Below, one piece after another: positions 19,092-22,151 of a stretch of 22,151 nucleotides of DNA (the stretch's first letter is position 1; every line of letters begins with the position of its first letter). The translations under genes and the position numbers were made by a program. Source of the DNA: Octopus sinensis (taxonomy: Eukaryota); the NCBI RefSeq assembly GCF_006345805.1, contig NW_021836972.1, positions 1 through 22,151 on the forward strand, written 5' to 3'. A model generated the notes under the pieces. It did not search any database and was not told the DNA's origin. It was given only the letters and a program-made list of their open reading frames with translations.

Positions 19092-19286
19092 TTCAAATTT
19101 TGGCACAAGGCCGGTAATTTCGTGAGAGGGGCTAAGACGATTACATTGACTTCAGGAACTTATCGACCTCAAAAAGATTAAAGGCAAAACCAACCTTGGC
19201 GAAATTTGAACTCAGGTTGCAAAGACGGACGAAATGCCGCTAAGTGTTTTGTCTGGTGCGCTACTGAAGCCGCCAGCTCGCCGCCT
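19092..19286 (-). mobile_element. SINE family C, full-length (C3)
   Basis: Minus-strand head AGGCGGCGAGCTGGC, B box GAGTTCAAATTTCGCC, 3' end CCTTGTGCCAAAATTTGAA. Confidence 0.88.
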
Positions 19287-19360
19287 TGGTAACATTCGTA
19301 ATAATAAGAATATGCAAATTTAATTTTGTGGCTTATTTTTTGCAAAAGTCTTCAAATTTC

Positions 19361-19430
19361 TAGAATGGAATCCCAGAGAAATGAAAGCCAATATTAATTT
19401 GGACGGAATTTGAACTCAGAAGCAAGGAAG
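19361..19430 (-). mobile_element. SINE family C fragment (C4)
   Basis: ATGAAAGCC...GGAATTTGAACTCAGAA segment. Confidence 0.55.
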
Positions 19431-19447
19431 AATGATGATCCTAATAA

Positions 19448-19610
19448 TTGCTTGCTTTATGCTCTGTGGTCACCCTAGGTTGGTGGCCCCAGCAGTGTCA
19501 TCGTGTGTAGAGCCGACCAGGACCATCAATCTTCCCATCGCTGGTAGACCCGTGCTAGTCCCTCTGCATCCTCTAAGATGATGTCTAACCTCTGGAGATT
19601 ATCCATAAAA
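19448..19610 (-). mobile_element. Probable RTE-type LINE extreme 3' fragment
   Basis: Minus strand MDNLQRLDIILEDAEGLARVYQRW / (frameshift) RLMVLVGSTHDDTAGATNLG* resembles the LINE C-terminal D...L....A..LA.DR..WR motif. AAGCAAGCAAT tail like that of the 9352-9617 element. Confidence 0.45.
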
Positions 19611-19621
19611 TCCTTTCTAAA

Positions 19622-19805
19622 TTTTAGCCTGAAATTTTGGTGAGAGGGAATTTTGTCGATTACATCAGTCCTTGGTACTCAATTTATTGACCCTGAAAGG
19701 ATAAAAGCAAAGCAGACCTTGGTAGGATTCGAACTTAGATCGCGAAGACTTAATAAACACCGTTAAGCATTTTGTCTGGGGTGCAAACAATTCTGGCAGT
19801 CCACC
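19622..19805 (-). mobile_element. SINE family C, diverged copy (C5)
   Basis: GTCGATTACATC...TTTATTGACCCTGAAAGGATAAAAGCAAAG...GGATTCGAACTTAGA...TTAAGCATTTTG. Confidence 0.8.
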
Positions 19806-19823
19806 ATCCTCACTGATAATAAA

Positions 19824-19986
19824 ATGGTTTCAATTTTTGGCACAAGGTCAGCAGTGTCTGAGGATGGGGTAAGTCGCTTACTTCGACCCTAGTACTCGAC
19901 AGGTACTTATTTTATCGATAGTCAAGGGATGAAAAGCAGCGGAATTTGAACTCAGGAAGTAAAGACGGAAGAAATGCCGCTAAGCA
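19824..19986 (-). mobile_element. SINE family C, head-truncated (C6)
   Basis: TTTTGGCACAAGGTCAGC...GGTACTTATTTTATCG...GCGGAATTTGAACTCAG...GCCGCTAAGCA. Confidence 0.85.
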
Positions 19987-19989
19987 AAA

Positions 19990-20414
19990 AATTCTTTCTT
20001 TATTTCCCAAAAGGGGCTAAACACAGAGGGGACAAACAAGGACAGACAAAGGGATTAAGTCGATTACATCGACAGCAGTGCGTAACTGGTACTTATTTAA
20101 TCGACCCCGAAAGGATGAAAGGCAAAGTCGACCTCGGCGGAATTTGAACTCAGAACGTAGCGGCAGACGATATACCTATTTCTATTTCTTTACTACCCAC
20201 AAGGGGCTAAACACAGAGAGGACAAACAAGGACAGACAAACGGATTAAGTCGATTATATCGACACCAGTGCGTAGCTGGTACTTATTTAATCGACTCCGA
20301 AAGGATGAAAGGCAAAGTCGACCTCGGCGGAATTTGAACTCAGAACGTAGCGGCAGACGAAATACGGCTACGCATTTCGCCCGGCGTGCTAATGTTTCTG
20401 CCAGCTCGCCGCCT
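19990..20414 (-). mobile_element. Tandem pair of a younger SINE C subfamily (C7 19990-20171 truncated; C8 20172-20414 full-length)
   Basis: AAGGGGCTAAACACAGAG at 20011 and 20201 (190-bp period), near-identical bodies. C8 ends in the head ...CTGCCAGCTCGCCGCCT. Confidence 0.9.
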
Positions 20415-20899
20415 TCATGATAATACTAGCAATGAAAGGATTGAAAGAATGGAAAACAGTGAGTAAAAGAGGAAACAAAAACACAACAGAAACCAAAATC
20501 AAATCCCTCCTAAACGATACGGAGAGATAACATCTGGCTACACAATCAAATCACCTCAACCCTCACCCTTAACAGAGCCCCTCCCTCCCTGCTGAAGAAT
20601 AGGAAATCTTTATAAAAAGTAAATAAACGAATAAAACAGAACAACGACTTACGTTGCAAATAGAATTCAAAATATGATATTGATCCACAAATGGGAAACG
20701 ATTGAAAACGAAAACGTTAAAGAATGAATAGGAAGAAGAAGAAAAAAAAGAGAACTCTTGAAAATGGTCCAAACTGATTGTACATTATAGAGATTGGGGT
20801 CAAGAGAAAAGGGCTCTACGCTTCTGAGTTCAATTTCAGACCCGTTAACAGGTTAAAATGTTAAATGCAAAAGATAAAATTCGGGGAACCCGACTGCCT

Positions 20900-20926
20900 G
20901 TATTATTAATCTTATTATTATTATTA

Positions 20927-20969
<43 letters not shown>

Positions 20970-21018
20970 TTTTATTACTATTATTATTATTGTTATTATT
21001 ATTGTTATTTTATTATTA

Positions 21019-21053
<35 letters not shown>

Positions 21054-21122
21054 GTAGTAGTAGTAGTTATAGTAGTAGTAGTATAGTAGTCGTAGTAGTA
21101 GTAGTAGTAGTATTAGATGATG
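20900..21122. repeat. (TTA)n then (TAG)n trinucleotide microsatellites
   Basis: Direct inspection. Confidence 0.95.
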
Positions 21123-21311
21123 AGTGATAATTTCTATTGTTGGCACAATAGTACAAGCACAGAAAGATCTGTTAGTGTTCATGCGTGTGCGTATTTACAT
21201 TTTTGCTTATATATTTCAATTTTGTTTTAACTTTATTTTTTATCTTTCTTAATATAAGTGCATATAATGTGTATATGTATATTTATATATAATTATATGC
21301 ATACGTACATA

Positions 21312-21355
<44 letters not shown>

Positions 21356-21571
21356 AGCACGTATACTATACTATACACATGTATGTAAATTAAAAAAATA
21401 GCTCCTCTATATCTCCAAATTCATCAAAGTTTTAATGTATATGCATATATGTATGTGTGCGTATGTTTGTGCGTATATGCATAATATATATATATATGGA
21501 TTTATGTATATGTATTAATATGTATGCATGTATACACACACAAACACACACAACGCACAACACACATCTCT

Positions 21572-21619
21572 CAAACTGTCCAACCAATGCCAGTATGGAA
21601 AACGGACGTTAAAGATGAT
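21572..21619 (+). mobile_element. Possible 3' end of another SINE family
   Basis: CAAACTGTCCAACCAATGCCAGTATGGAAAACGGACGTTAAAGATGAT resembles a cephalopod SINE terminus from recollection only; single copy in the window. Confidence 0.3.
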
Positions 21620-21657
21620 ATATATATATATATAGTATATATATATATATATAATAT

Positions 21658-21736
<79 letters not shown>

Positions 21737-21760
21737 TATATATATATATATATATATATT
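21620..21760. repeat. (TA)n microsatellite; another at ~21888-21932
   Basis: Direct inspection. Confidence 0.95.
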
Positions 21761-21886
21761 TATTTATTTATTAATCAATATAGGTAGCAAAAAATTCAGC
21801 AGAAATTATTTTGCCACCAGCGGTCTAGTGAGAAAAGGAAATAGTCAGAGACTATTAATAAATTCACAACAAATTAATTATGTTGT

Positions 21887-21927
<41 letters not shown>

Positions 21928-21934
21928 TTATATA

Positions 21935-22151
21935 CGGGGGTGTAATATATTTCAGACAATGATATTTATTTTTATAAAAAAAAAAGAAGGAGATATATTA
22001 TAACAGATAATAACTTTATTCATCAAAAAATGCTATGAGGATAAAAATAAACCTCTTTTCTATAATGTTATTCAATAAAGCCACCTTCAGCTTCAATAAC
22101 TGCTTCTATATGAGATTGAAATCATCTACATGTTCGAATCAAGTGGTCCTG
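21935..22151 (-). mobile_element. Tc1/mariner-superfamily transposon 3' end (continues beyond window)
   Basis: Minus strand 22151-22068 reads QDHLIRTCR*FQSHIEAVIEAEGGFIE*, the typical transposase C-terminus (C..F..R.EAVI.A.GG.IE). TA|CGGGGGTG at 21933 resembles a CAGGGTG-type TIR end. Confidence 0.7.

Noticed and set aside
18807-19106. 99-aa minus-strand ORF with a pyrimidine tract and AG near 18900
   Set aside because: Tract is a (CT)-rich low-complexity run; the downstream peptide has no recognisable homology and no convincing donor.
21812-21826. TGCCACCAGCGGTC, CTCF-like motif
   Set aside because: Only a partial match to the CTCF consensus; single occurrence.

Overview
AT-rich, repeat-dense eukaryotic non-coding DNA (intronic or intergenic). 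No host protein-coding gene can be supported, and almost all ORFs in the supplied track are read-throughs of microsatellites. The repeat families resemble, from my recollection, those of Octopus/coleoid cephalopod genomes (inference, not database-checked). Contents: (i) three multi-copy tRNA-derived SINE families (called A, B, C here, about 18 copies or fragments); (ii) a ~1.9 kb decayed, 5'-truncated R4/Dong-like RLE non-LTR retrotransposon embedded in (CATA)n; (iii) four 3'-end fragments of RTE-type LINEs, one nested in a mariner-derived MITE with a clean 9-bp TSD, one fused in frame to a 75-bp minisatellite and one encoding tandem C2H2-like fingers; (iv) a Tc1/mariner remnant running off the right edge; (v) many microsatellites. 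The most interesting signal is not in the ORF track: up to four minimal type I hammerhead-ribozyme motifs of the kind associated with Penelope-like elements. One of them (17703-17795) has an intact catalytic core, an unusual 47-nt insertion capping stem II, and lies just downstream of an 80-bp near-perfect inverted repeat.
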